From the NCBI GenBank assembly GCA_963830915.1, contig CAWHOE010000045.1:1-64000 (forward strand): DNA of 64,000 nt. Reading direction: 5' to 3'. The stretch comes from a candidate division FCPU426 bacterium. Lineage in GTDB: Bacteria > Oederibacteriota > Muellerivitia > Muellerivitales > Muellerivitaceae. A program made the translations under genes and the position numbers. This document shows positions 8,409 to 18,087 of this stretch, in pieces (position 1 is the first letter of the stretch; every line of letters begins with the position of its first letter). The notes below the pieces were generated by a model. That model was not told the origin of the DNA. It did no database searches and saw nothing but the letters and a program-made list of their open reading frames with translations.

Positions 8409-9689
8409 ATTAAAAACTATATTGTTTTTTTCATTTTGTTGAATTTTTGCTTTTCTTTTCCCGCGGAGGTTTATGCCGGGGCCGACGGAAAGACGAAAAG
8501 CCTCGTTTTCGTCGATTCCCGTTTTGGATTTGAAATAACATATCCCGCTCAGTTAACGCTAGGTCCAAAGAAAGAAGGAATTTTTTATTACAGTAGTGAC
8601 AAAACTTTTCTTGCCGTTCGCGGAATCGTGAACATGGAACATCATTCCTGGAAGACGGAATATGAAAGGCGCCTGCAATCTCTCGTCAGATACAAAATCA
8701 CTTACAAAACGTTTCGTCCGAAGTTTTTTGTCATATCGGGTTATAAAGAAAATGGCCATATTTTCTATTTTAAAGAAATACCTTTGGTAAGGGATGGGAA
8801 GTGGATCGCCCTACAATTCAACATGAATTTTCCCCAGGAGGAAAAGGAAACTTGGAATCCCATTCTGGTTGAGTGTGCCAATTCTTTAAAACCAATCCAA
8901 ATTCAGGGGAAAAGTCCATTTACTTTGGGCTGGTATGAATCTGTGGATGAATTGACTAAGGGAAATTTGTTGGGGTTGGCCCGGACATGGATTAACGACC
9001 ATCTTCAATGCGTCCAATGTTCATCAGCTGTGGAAGAAATGGGTGTGGTGAAAATGCCTTTAGGAAAATGTACTGTTGATGAGCCTAACGATTCTTATTT
9101 TAATTTAACCGAAAGCTCAGCCATACAGTTTGTCCTTTCAGTTCATGGCCCTATTTTCTTAGCTGCCCATCACCGGGGGAGTGACCAAAAGTTCGTTCTA
9201 TTTACATTCGAAAACGGGGAATTGTCCGGAAAGGTAATTTACCAAACTTCTTTGAAAAATAATTCAAACAATACTTGGGATGATAGCTATACCCCGTTTG
9301 AAGGGTCTTTGAGTTTAATTGATTTTACAGATGGTACAAAAGGTCTGTTGCTAATCACAAATGATGTTGAAGAATCAACGAAGGGGCATGTGTTCATGGC
9401 TGTCCATGATGAGATCAAAGAAGTGTTGGAATTCGAGCAATCAGAAGAGCCGATCCATACCGAAATTAACGGTGTAACTGGTTTTAACGGTGTTCTTGAA
9501 CCACAAGGCGAAAGAGGATTGAGATTGGTGAAACAGAATTGGAAGATTGTTACAAGAAATGAAGGAATGGAAAAAGGGGACTTTCAATATTCTGAAATCT
9601 GGTATCGCTTTAATCTCAAACAAGAAAAATATTTACAAGTTGGCAAAGAAACGAAACTACCGAAAGGTGAAGATCAAAACGATTTTTAA
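8409..9689 (+). CDS. Secreted hypothetical protein, AT-rich, probable ATT start
   Basis: ORF track starts at 8436. In-frame ATT at 8409 after GGAG completes a signal peptide (M)KNYIVFFILLNFCFSFPAEVYA. Confidence 0.7.
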   Translation: MKNYIVFFILLNFCFSFPAEVYAGADGKTKSLVFVDSRFGFEITYPAQLTLGPKKEGIFYYSSDKTFLAVRGIVNMEHHSWKTEYERRLQSLVRYKITYKTFRPKFFVISGYKENGHIFYFKEIPLVRDGKWIALQFNMNFPQEEKETWNPILVECANSLKPIQIQGKSPFTLGWYESVDELTKGNLLGLARTWINDHLQCVQCSSAVEEMGVVKMPLGKCTVDEPNDSYFNLTESSAIQFVLSVHGPIFLAAHHRGSDQKFVLFTFENGELSGKVIYQTSLKNNSNNTWDDSYTPFEGSLSLIDFTDGTKGLLLITNDVEESTKGHVFMAVHDEIKEVLEFEQSEEPIHTEINGVTGFNGVLEPQGERGLRLVKQNWKIVTRNEGMEKGDFQYSEIWYRFNLKQEKYLQVGKETKLPKGEDQNDF

Positions 9690-9734
9690 AGATGAGAATT
9701 CCAAGAAAATTAAATAGAAGGAATTGGTTAGTGA

Positions 9735-9813
9735 CGGGAACCAGTTTCAATTGGGACTAGAATACCCAAAACTCGAACCTCGGCTTGTGGCTGTGGTTAA
9801 GGAATCCTGTCGT
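9735..9813 (+). repeat. Family X 79-bp two-hairpin element
   Basis: Colinear with 56405-56483; ctcgaacctcggcttgtggc is identical in both. Confidence 0.85.
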
Positions 9814-9943
9814 AAAAAAACTTTTATCAACCAAAAGTAAAAATAAATTCTGCTCGGTTGTTTTTACAAAGGCCCGTGTGCACAACCTAAATGGTATAAA
9901 AAAACCTCAGTAACATAATCCGGCATTAAAAAATGGGGAGAAA

Positions 9944-11296
9944 ATGAACTACAGCCACCTCTCGAAAAAAGACAAAAAGTACCTATGGCACCCATTTACC
10001 CAACAACAGGAATGGGAAAGAGACCAAGACCTAACCATCATCACCCGTGGCAAGGGAACCTATCTTTACGACGTCAAAGGCAGGAAGTATCTGGACGGTG
10101 TTTCCTCCCTCTGGTGCAACGTTCATGGCCATCAAGTGCCTGAGATCGACAGGGCTATCAAAAAACAACTCAAGAAGATCGCTCATTCCACCATGTTGGG
10201 GGCTTCCAACGAACCGGCCATATTGCTGGCTGAAAAGCTGGTTAAGTTGGCGCCCAAAGGGCTAACGCGCGTTTTTTACTCCGACTCAGGTTCGGAAGCC
10301 AACGAGATAGCCGCCAAGATGGCTTATCAATACTGGAAACAAACAAAACCCACTAGAGCTAACAAGAACTTGTTCCTGACCGTTCGGGAAGGTTATCACG
10401 GGGATACGATCGGCTCGGTCAGTTTGGGAGGCATCGACCTCTTTCACGGGATATTTGGCGGCATGTTATTCAAGACGCTGAAAGTACGAAGCCCGCACAA
10501 CTATTCAAGCCGAAAAGTGTCCAATGAGCGGTGGTTAAAGGACTGTGTCAAAGAAGCTGAGGCCCTATTTCGAAAGTACGGAACAAGGTTGGCGGCGGTT
10601 CATATGGAACCCTTGATAGAGGGGGCGGGAGGGATGTTGGTCCACCCCTGGGGATATTTGAAAGCCATCCGCCGATTGTGCGACCGTTATGACGTTCTTT
10701 TGATATTGGATGAGGTGGCCACCGGCTTTGGGCGCACGGGAACCATGTTCGCCTGTGAACAAGAGGGCGTCCGGCCCGACCTGCTTTGTGTGGCGAAGAA
10801 TCTTACAGGGGGGTATTTGCCGGTAGCGGCGACCCTGACGACCGAGAAAGTTTATCGCGCCTTCCTGGGAACATTCGGGTCTTTGCGGACTTTTTACCAC
10901 GGCCATACCTTTACGGGAAATCAACTGGGTTGCGCGGCGGGTTTGGCCAATCTTGGATTGATGGAGAAAAAAGGGTTCTTGGAAGGGGTCGAGGAAAAAA
11001 GCTTGATGCTTCAAGAGTTCTTGGAACCATTGGTCGCACATCCCCATGTGTCTGATGTCCGCTTGCGGGGAATGATGGGGGGGATCGAGTTGGTCAAGAA
11101 CAAGAAAACGAACGAGCCCTATCCCTATGAACAGAAAATTGGGTACCAGGTATGCGTGGAGGCCAAGAAGAGGGGAGTGCTGATGAGGCCTTTGGGGAAC
11201 GTGATCGTTGTGATGCCGCCCCTTGGTATTACTAAGAAGGATTTAAACTATTTGATCGAGATTATTTCGAAGAGTATCGAAAAGGTAACTAATTAG
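9944..11296 (+). CDS. bioA: Adenosylmethionine-8-amino-7-oxononanoate aminotransferase
   Basis: LWHPFTQ, SSLW, SDSGSEA, YHGDT, DEVATGFGRTG, HGHTFTGN. Confidence 0.95.
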   Translation: MNYSHLSKKDKKYLWHPFTQQQEWERDQDLTIITRGKGTYLYDVKGRKYLDGVSSLWCNVHGHQVPEIDRAIKKQLKKIAHSTMLGASNEPAILLAEKLVKLAPKGLTRVFYSDSGSEANEIAAKMAYQYWKQTKPTRANKNLFLTVREGYHGDTIGSVSLGGIDLFHGIFGGMLFKTLKVRSPHNYSSRKVSNERWLKDCVKEAEALFRKYGTRLAAVHMEPLIEGAGGMLVHPWGYLKAIRRLCDRYDVLLILDEVATGFGRTGTMFACEQEGVRPDLLCVAKNLTGGYLPVAATLTTEKVYRAFLGTFGSLRTFYHGHTFTGNQLGCAAGLANLGLMEKKGFLEGVEEKSLMLQEFLEPLVAHPHVSDVRLRGMMGGIELVKNKKTNEPYPYEQKIGYQVCVEAKKRGVLMRPLGNVIVVMPPLGITKKDLNYLIEIISKSIEKVTN

Positions 11297-11318
11297 AGGC
11301 ACTACCAAAACACTTTTC

Positions 11319-11495
11319 ACCACAGAGGCACAGAGACACAGCTAAATGGATGAAAATTGAAGAAAGAAACAAGAATCTTAAGCTGAGTCTCTGTGTCTCC
11401 GTGCCGATTATCCGATTAAAAATATTGGATATCGGTACTATACCGACCTCATTAATTATTCATTTGAAGGTCGGCATGTGGTTAAAGAGGTTTTA
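11319..11495. repeat. Paired family G element with double-hairpin (family H, 11401-11477) inserted in its right arm
   Basis: Left arm accacagaggcacagagacacagct pairs with agctgagtctctgtgtctcc[77 bp]gtggt. Confidence 0.85.
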
Positions 11496-11539
11496 CCACC
11501 TCTTAATTTAAGAGCGGTTGTGTTACATTAGGCCACCTT

Positions 11540-12970
11540 ATGGCCAAGAAACACCCAACTTCCGATCCATCCACCAAAACAGTCGCTGTCATCAGCCTTG
11601 GCTGCCCTAAAAACACGGTCGACTCCGAAGTTATGCTGGGCAAGCTGGCCCAGGACCATTACTCCCTAGTGAAGGACCCGGCCGATGCGGAAGTGGTCAT
11701 CGTTAACACCTGCGGATTTATCGAAGCCTCCAAGAAAGAATCCATCGATACCATCTTGGATGTGGCCAAGTTGCGCAAGACCGGACGCTTGAAATCCCTG
11801 GTGGTGGGAGGATGCCTGGCCCAACGCTACGGGGAGGAACTCAAGAAGGAATTGCCTGAGATAGATATCCTCTTCGGTTTGAACGAGGTAGAAGAAGTCG
11901 TCCAACAGATTTCACCACCAAGGCACCAAGACACCAAGTTAAACATTGGGAATGAAAAAATATTAACCGCAGATCAAAATACACATAAGGCCAAGCCGCC
12001 ACTGTTGCCGAATTCCATGAATGAAGCGACTTATGTTTATGACGCCTCCTCTCCTAGACTTCTTTCAACGCCTTCCCATTTCGCTTACGTCAAGATATCC
12101 GAAGGATGCGACCTGCCATGCACCTTTTGCATCATCCCCAAGATAAGGGGCCACCACCGCAGTCGATCGCTTGAGGATATCGAACAGGAAGCCCGTAATC
12201 TTTCGGGCCAAGGGGTGAAAGAACTTTGCTTGGTAGCGCAAGACAGCACCTGGTACGGTTCGGACCGATATGGGAAACCGCAGATCGCAGAACTTCTGAA
12301 GCGATTGTCCAAAGTGAATGGGTTGGAGTGGGTGCGCCTTCACTATCTATACCCAAGCCGGGTGACGGACGAAATGCTGGAAGTCATGGCATCCCATCCC
12401 AGGATCACACCCTATTTCGACGTACCTTTACAACACGCCAGCAACAAGATACTTAAAGCTATGCAGCGCATCGGGGATAGGGCATTACTGGAAAAGCTTG
12501 TGGATAGGATCAGGACCAAGTTCCCTCTTTCGTCCATTCGTTCCACGTTTATTGTCGGGTTCCCGGGCGAGACGGACAAGGATTTCGAGGAATTGTGTGT
12601 GTTCTTGAAGGATCATCCCATGGATTATGTCGGCTTTTTCGCCTATTCCCAGGAAGAGGGGACGCCGGCCGGAACCATGGGCGCGCAGGTGCCGGAAAAG
12701 GCGAAAAAAGAACGATTGGCGATGGCTTATAAGCTGCAGGATGAGATAGCCGAAAAATCCCATCAGCGGTGGGTTGGGGAAAGGTTGAGGGCGGTGGTGG
12801 AATCGGTCCCCGAGAAGGGCGAAGCGCAGGGAAGGACCATCTATCAGGCCCCTGAAGTGGACGGGATGGTTATAATCGAGGGCACCCAGGACGCCAAGCC
12901 GGGACAATGGATGGACGTGGAAATATCCCACACGCTCGGCCAGGACTTAGTTGCAAAACAGATCGGTTAG
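11540..12970 (+). CDS. rimO: Ribosomal protein S12 methylthiotransferase
   Basis: SLGCPKN.VDSE, NTCGFI, GCLAQRY, CxxxCxxC radical SAM motif, QAPEVDG TRAM domain. Confidence 0.95.
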   Translation: MAKKHPTSDPSTKTVAVISLGCPKNTVDSEVMLGKLAQDHYSLVKDPADAEVVIVNTCGFIEASKKESIDTILDVAKLRKTGRLKSLVVGGCLAQRYGEELKKELPEIDILFGLNEVEEVVQQISPPRHQDTKLNIGNEKILTADQNTHKAKPPLLPNSMNEATYVYDASSPRLLSTPSHFAYVKISEGCDLPCTFCIIPKIRGHHRSRSLEDIEQEARNLSGQGVKELCLVAQDSTWYGSDRYGKPQIAELLKRLSKVNGLEWVRLHYLYPSRVTDEMLEVMASHPRITPYFDVPLQHASNKILKAMQRIGDRALLEKLVDRIRTKFPLSSIRSTFIVGFPGETDKDFEELCVFLKDHPMDYVGFFAYSQEEGTPAGTMGAQVPEKAKKERLAMAYKLQDEIAEKSHQRWVGERLRAVVESVPEKGEAQGRTIYQAPEVDGMVIIEGTQDAKPGQWMDVEISHTLGQDLVAKQIG

Positions 12971-12987
12971 GGTGTTTGAAAGAGACC

Positions 12988-13743
12988 ATGGATAAACAAA
13001 AGATAACATCTAATGATTCACCACCAAGGCACCAAGGCACCAAGGGAACCTTGATTTTGGATTCCGACAAAATAAAAAGAGAAAATTTCGGGAACCGGCT
13101 AAAGAAAATATTCAATAGTCCCCAGTGGAACTCGGCCAACATGGTCACGTTTTCACGCATCCTGGTGACCCCGCTATTCTTGATCTTTTTCTTCCGGGAT
13201 GAGGTTTGGGCCAAGTGGACGGCGGGCATCCTCTTCGCTTGGGGAGGCATCAGCGATTACGTGGACGGCTATCTGGCCCGCAAGTACAACCTGAAGACCG
13301 ATTTTGGGACCCTTCTAGACCCCTTGGCGGACAAGATCCTTTTCCTCACGGTGCTGGTGGCCTTTGTGCAGGAACAATTGGTGCCGGCCTGGATGGTGGT
13401 CATCATCGCGGCCAGGGAATTTCTTATCACGGGATTGCGCCAACTGGCCCTGAGCCGCAACGTCGTCATCGCCGCCAGCCGGACCGGCAAACACAAGACT
13501 GTTTCCCAGATCGTGGCTATCTCGGTCATTCTCGCCATTGTCTGCGTGAGGGTAACGGTTGAAAAATACCAGGGCAATTGGGACATGGTCATCGCCCGAT
13601 TGGGGACGACGGGAGAGTGGCTGGATGATCTGGTTTGGTACGGTCCCTACTGGCTGATGTTCTACGCGACCGTCATGTCTATCATTTCTGGGCTGGATTA
13701 TCTGGTGCGAAATTGGCACGTCTTGAACGCGGAGAAAAAGTAA
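12988..13743 (+). CDS. pgsA: CDP-diacylglycerol--glycerol-3-phosphate 3-phosphatidyltransferase with N-terminal extension
   Basis: SDYVDGYLAR..FGTLLDPLADK, REFLITGLR, GKHKTV; start uncertain. Confidence 0.92.
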   Translation: MDKQKITSNDSPPRHQGTKGTLILDSDKIKRENFGNRLKKIFNSPQWNSANMVTFSRILVTPLFLIFFFRDEVWAKWTAGILFAWGGISDYVDGYLARKYNLKTDFGTLLDPLADKILFLTVLVAFVQEQLVPAWMVVIIAAREFLITGLRQLALSRNVVIAASRTGKHKTVSQIVAISVILAIVCVRVTVEKYQGNWDMVIARLGTTGEWLDDLVWYGPYWLMFYATVMSIISGLDYLVRNWHVLNAEKK

Positions 13744-13798
13744 AAAGTTTAGCCACAGATTCATGGGATGCATTGGGTCAAACAAAAATAAATTTTAA

Positions 13799-13894
13799 CC
13801 ACCGATTAACGCCGATGAATATGAATGGTAAAAAATCTAAATATTGATTATCTTTTCTGAATTCGAATCTGTGTTCATCGGTGTTAATCGGTGG
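13799..13894. repeat. Paired family G inverted-repeat element
   Basis: ccaccgattaacgccgatgaa ... ttcatcggtgttaatcggtgg; further arm at 13751-13777, fragments at 54441 and 59977. Confidence 0.8.
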
Positions 13895-13938
13895 CTAATG
13901 GTTTTGGTTTTTCTTGACGTTGAGGAAAAAGGAAAAAA

Positions 13939-14394
13939 ATGAAAATCATCAACTTCCTGATAGCGACATTCTTCGGCATCGGCAAGATCCCCCTGGCTCC
14001 CGGTACTTGGGCCTCCTTGGCCGCGGCGCCCTGTTGGTATTTCCTGATGGATCGTCCATTGGTCCAGGTCGGGGCATTGGTCGGTGTCTTTTTCCTGGGA
14101 GTATTGACGACAGGTATTTTGGAAAAGTCGATGGGTGAAAAAGACCCTTCCTGCGCCGTGATCGACGAAGTCCTGGGTATGGGAGTGGCTTTGGTCGGGA
14201 TACCGAAGGAGTGGCCCTTCATCATCATGGCGGTCATTCTTTTCAGGATATTCGATATTTGGAAGCCCATCCCGATCCGCCGTTTAGAAAAATTACCGGG
14301 TGGTTGGGGAATCATGACCGACGACCTAATGGCCGGACTTTACGCCAATGCCTGGCTTCGTATCGGGGCCTGGGTCATTCTACAAATCAAATAA
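13939..14394 (+). CDS. pgpA: Phosphatidylglycerophosphatase A
   Basis: APGTWAS, KDPS.AVIDEV.G, FRIFDIWKP.PI, GGWGIM.DD. Confidence 0.93.
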   Translation: MKIINFLIATFFGIGKIPLAPGTWASLAAAPCWYFLMDRPLVQVGALVGVFFLGVLTTGILEKSMGEKDPSCAVIDEVLGMGVALVGIPKEWPFIIMAVILFRIFDIWKPIPIRRLEKLPGGWGIMTDDLMAGLYANAWLRIGAWVILQIK

Positions 14395-14407
14395 TAGGCA
14401 GGAATAT

Positions 14408-15661
14408 ATGAACGCTGAGATCGTCGCTATCGGCACGGAATTATTACTGGGGCAAAACGTCGACACCAATTCCGCCTGGCTAGCCCAGCAAATGGCCTTG
14501 ATGGGGATCGATGTCTATGGGTTTCAGGCGGTAGGCGACAACGAAAAACGCATTGAAGCGACCCTGAAGTTGGCCTGCGAAAGAAGCCAGGTGGTTATCG
14601 CGACCGGAGGCTTGGGCCCGACGGTGGATGACGTAACCCGCAAGGTGGCCGCCCGTCTTTCCTTGAAACCCCTGGTTTATCATGAGGAAATCGCCAAACA
14701 GATCGAGGCCTTTTTCGTCAAAATCGGAAGGCCCTTCTCAAAAGCGAATCTGAACCAGGCTTTCATTCCCCAGGGGGCGACTGTCATCCCCAACCCTGTC
14801 GGGACGGCCCCCGGGTTCATCGTCAAAGTTTCCAAAACCCTCCTGGTGTGCTTGCCCGGAGTTCCGGTCGAGATGAAGGCTATGTTCGAGGCGACGGTTA
14901 AGCCGCAGGTGAAGACCTTGGCGCCTACCGGCGCCATCATCAAGTCGAAAGTGTTCCGGACGACGGGTATCAGCGAATCCCTTTTGAATGAGAAGATACT
15001 GGATATCTTCGAGCGGTCCACCAATCCCACGGTCGGGGTGCTGGCCCATTCGACCGGTGTGGATATCCGATTGACCGCCAAAGCGGCCAGCGAGGCGGAA
15101 GCGGACATTCTTCTGGAGAACCTTGGGAAAACCCTGACCACCCGCCTTCCTAACACGATCTATGGGCTGGACCAGGATAATCTGGAAAACATCATCGGTC
15201 AATTGCTCATGACCCGCCATCTGACCCTGGCGGTGGCCGAGTCCTGCACGGGCGGCCTGATCACCCACCGGATCACCCAGGTCCCCGGCAGTTCAAACTA
15301 CTTATTGAGAGGTTATGTTCTTTATAGTAATGAATCCAAGACCGAGGCCATTCAGGTGGGCGCGGAATTGATCAGAACAAAAGGCGCGGTCAGCAAGGAA
15401 GTGGCATTGGCCATGGCCGAAAATGTCCGAAAAGTAAGTAAAGCCTCCATTGGACTGGCCACCACCGGTATCGCTGGCCCGGGGGGCGGGACGAATGAAA
15501 AACCCGTTGGATTGGTCTATATCGGTATTTCGGATGAGGAGTCGACCCAGGCATTCGAGTTCCGCTTTTCAGGGAATAGGGAAAATGTGAAGTTCAGGAC
15601 CAGCCAAGCCGCGTTGGAGATATTGCGCCGTCATTGCCTGCAACTGCCTCTGGTTGATTGA
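14408..15661 (+). CDS. cinA: Competence/damage-inducible protein CinA (MoCF-like + PncC)
   Basis: AIGTELLLG..VDTNS, GGLGPT.DD.T, LPGVP.EM, AESCTGG, TGIAGPGG. Confidence 0.93.
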   Translation: MNAEIVAIGTELLLGQNVDTNSAWLAQQMALMGIDVYGFQAVGDNEKRIEATLKLACERSQVVIATGGLGPTVDDVTRKVAARLSLKPLVYHEEIAKQIEAFFVKIGRPFSKANLNQAFIPQGATVIPNPVGTAPGFIVKVSKTLLVCLPGVPVEMKAMFEATVKPQVKTLAPTGAIIKSKVFRTTGISESLLNEKILDIFERSTNPTVGVLAHSTGVDIRLTAKAASEAEADILLENLGKTLTTRLPNTIYGLDQDNLENIIGQLLMTRHLTLAVAESCTGGLITHRITQVPGSSNYLLRGYVLYSNESKTEAIQVGAELIRTKGAVSKEVALAMAENVRKVSKASIGLATTGIAGPGGGTNEKPVGLVYIGISDEESTQAFEFRFSGNRENVKFRTSQAALEILRRHCLQLPLVD

Positions 15662-15674
15662 GATACTATCGCCG

Positions 15675-16247
15675 ATGATCCGTCTTTTTACCGCCATTCC
15701 TTTAACCCAGTCGTTACGCCCGCCCCTGGTCGATTTATTGAGCGAGATGGCTAAAACCAGATCCCCGGTCAAGTGGGTGGAACCCGCGCAGCTTCATTTG
15801 ACCTTGCGATTCATCGGGGACCAGGAAGAAGCCAAAATACCGGCTATTGAAAGTCAGTTGGAAGGGGCGGTGGTTGGGGTGGAGCCCTTCGAGATCGAAT
15901 TGGGCGGGGTTGGAGCCTTCCCGAACCTGAAGCATCCCAAGGTTCTCTTTGTGCCTGTCTTGTCTGGCCAAGAAAAGCTTTCTCGACTTTTCACGGAAAT
16001 TTCAAAAGGGTTGGAAAAGGTCGGTTTGGGCCCGGAAGAGAAACCATATCATGCCCACTTGACCTTGGGGAGGGTCAAGACTTCGGGGGATATTTCCATA
16101 GTTGTTCAAAAACTCCAAACCGAATGCCCCGCCACTTTGGGGAAAATGACAGTGGATCATTTTGTTCTGTTTCGTAGTCAACTGAGGTCTCAAGGGCCTC
16201 TTTATACTGAACTGAAAAAGTTCGACTTGAAGGCAAAAGGCATTTAA
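15675..16247 (+). CDS. thpR: RNA 2',3'-cyclic phosphodiesterase (2H family)
   Basis: RLF.AI, two HxT motifs (LHLTL, HLTLGR). Confidence 0.9.
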   Translation: MIRLFTAIPLTQSLRPPLVDLLSEMAKTRSPVKWVEPAQLHLTLRFIGDQEEAKIPAIESQLEGAVVGVEPFEIELGGVGAFPNLKHPKVLFVPVLSGQEKLSRLFTEISKGLEKVGLGPEEKPYHAHLTLGRVKTSGDISIVVQKLQTECPATLGKMTVDHFVLFRSQLRSQGPLYTELKKFDLKAKGI

Positions 16248-16314
16248 CCACCAAGGGCACCATACCGACCTCGTTTTATATTTTATTGAAGGTCGGCATG
16301 GTGTATTGGTGGTT
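16246..16314. repeat. Family G arms enclosing one family H hairpin (16262-16299); may act as terminator
   Basis: aaccaccaagggcacc[ataccgacc..ggtcggcat]ggtgtattggtggtt. Confidence 0.75.
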
Positions 16315-16392
16315 CAATTTGTTTTGATTTTTGGGATGTATTCTTTGACTATTGTTTTTTGTATCATGAGGCCATCAATTAAAGGAGTTACC

Positions 16393-16884
16393 GTGACCGA
16401 CCAAACCCCAGCCCCACTTGAGAGGGAACCGACCGAAGAGGAAATACAGGAACAGATCAAGAATTTCCAGGCGACCCAGCAGGTCTATCTACAGCAGAGC
16501 TTCAAGTGGCTCATCGATTTCGTTTCCAGCTATTTTCCCGAGGACCAACTGGCCATGGAAGACGCCATCACGGATGTGCATTTCATCCATACGGTCACTG
16601 AAGGCGGGAAAATGCTGGGCGCCTTGGTCTACCGTTTCCGCAAAGTGCAGGATAAAAAGGGTTATTTCACTGAAATCGCCAAGGATTACCAAGAGGCTTT
16701 GGGAGTCAAAGACGTGCTTTTTGTGGATTCGGAAACCTCCGAGTTCAATATGCCGGCATCGCTGGAAGTGGAGGGGAATCTTTTGGAAATTCCACGCGAG
16801 AAACTGACCGGGAAAATAAGGGAATTGCGCGAGGAACTCAAGCGCCGAGGACGCCTCCGCTCACTCAGAGAAAGCATGTCCTAA
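16393..16884 (+). CDS. Hypothetical protein
   Basis: ORF with AGGAG before GTG at 16393; no family recognised. Confidence 0.7.
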   Translation: MTDQTPAPLEREPTEEEIQEQIKNFQATQQVYLQQSFKWLIDFVSSYFPEDQLAMEDAITDVHFIHTVTEGGKMLGALVYRFRKVQDKKGYFTEIAKDYQEALGVKDVLFVDSETSEFNMPASLEVEGNLLEIPREKLTGKIRELREELKRRGRLRSLRESMS

Positions 16885-16894
16885 GGAGCATCCT

Positions 16895-18040
16895 GTGCCA
16901 CGCCCAAAGCCCGCGTCCCCTACGAACTTGATGATGTATGCCGCCAGCGAGTACGACTCCAACCTTTATTACGCGGTCAAGTTCTCGGTGCCAGATCCTT
17001 TCCCGTTCTTCAATATCGGGGGAAAAACCATCATCTTAATGAGCGACCTGGAATTGAGCCGGGCCCAGAAGCAAGCCAAGGTGGATGAGGTGGTTCCTTA
17101 TTCGGACATCCAATTACAAGCTAAGAAACAGGGCGTGGAAAGACCTGGTGTGGCGGATGTGACGGCGTGTTTCCTGAAGAGGAAGAAAGTCCGCGAGATC
17201 ACGGTCCCTTATAACTTCAACCTGGGTTTGGCCGACGCCTTACGCCAGAGGGGTATAAGGGTTTTTAGCAAGGAAGAGCCGTTTTTTGAGGAAAGGGTCA
17301 CGAAATCGACCGAAGAGATCCGGAAGATCACCCAGTCCCTTCGGCATACTGAGGCGGCTATCCATAAGGTGGAAAACCTGCTCCGGGCCTCCAAGGTCGT
17401 AGGTAAGAAGATAGCCTACCGGGGCCAATGGGTGACCTCTGAACTGCTGAAAAAAGTTCTCAATGTTTCCATGATGGAAAATAATTGTATCGGCAGTCAT
17501 ACCATCGTGGCCAGCGGCGACCAGGGATGCGACCCACACCAAGAGGGCTCGGGATTCATTTGGGCGAACCAGTCGCTGGTCGTGGATGTTTTTCCCAGGT
17601 CGGCCGATACATTCTATTACGCCGATATCACCCGTACCTTCGTGAAGGGAAAACCAAGTCCGGCCTTGAAGGCCCAGTACGAGGCGGTCAAAACCGCCCA
17701 AGAGAAGGGGATCGGTATGGTCGCCCCCGGGGTGAATGGCAAAGATGTGCATAAGGCCATCCAGGCCGATATGGAATCCAAGGGATATATGACCGAACGA
17801 AGGATGGGGACCATGGTCGGGTTTTTCCATGGCACCGGGCATGGGCTGGGTTTGGATGTGCACGAGGCGCCGCGAGTGAACGCCTCCGACCATGTCCTTC
17901 GAAAGGGAGAGGTCATTACCGTTGAGCCGGGGCTGTACTATCCCGGGGTTGGCGCCGTGCGGATCGAAGACTTGCTGGTCGTGACCCCGAAGGGGCATCG
18001 AAACCTAACGGTTTATCCTAAAAAGTTCGAGATCCCTTGA
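16895..18040 (+). CDS. Xaa-Pro aminopeptidase family (M24)
   Basis: VVDVFP, ADITRT, HGTGHGLGLDVHE, TVEPGLY, VRIED. Confidence 0.92.
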   Translation: MPRPKPASPTNLMMYAASEYDSNLYYAVKFSVPDPFPFFNIGGKTIILMSDLELSRAQKQAKVDEVVPYSDIQLQAKKQGVERPGVADVTACFLKRKKVREITVPYNFNLGLADALRQRGIRVFSKEEPFFEERVTKSTEEIRKITQSLRHTEAAIHKVENLLRASKVVGKKIAYRGQWVTSELLKKVLNVSMMENNCIGSHTIVASGDQGCDPHQEGSGFIWANQSLVVDVFPRSADTFYYADITRTFVKGKPSPALKAQYEAVKTAQEKGIGMVAPGVNGKDVHKAIQADMESKGYMTERRMGTMVGFFHGTGHGLGLDVHEAPRVNASDHVLRKGEVITVEPGLYYPGVGAVRIEDLLVVTPKGHRNLTVYPKKFEIP

Positions 18041-18087
18041 GTTGAACTCAGTAAAAAATATTCCCCGGTATCGTCCTGGAGGACGTC

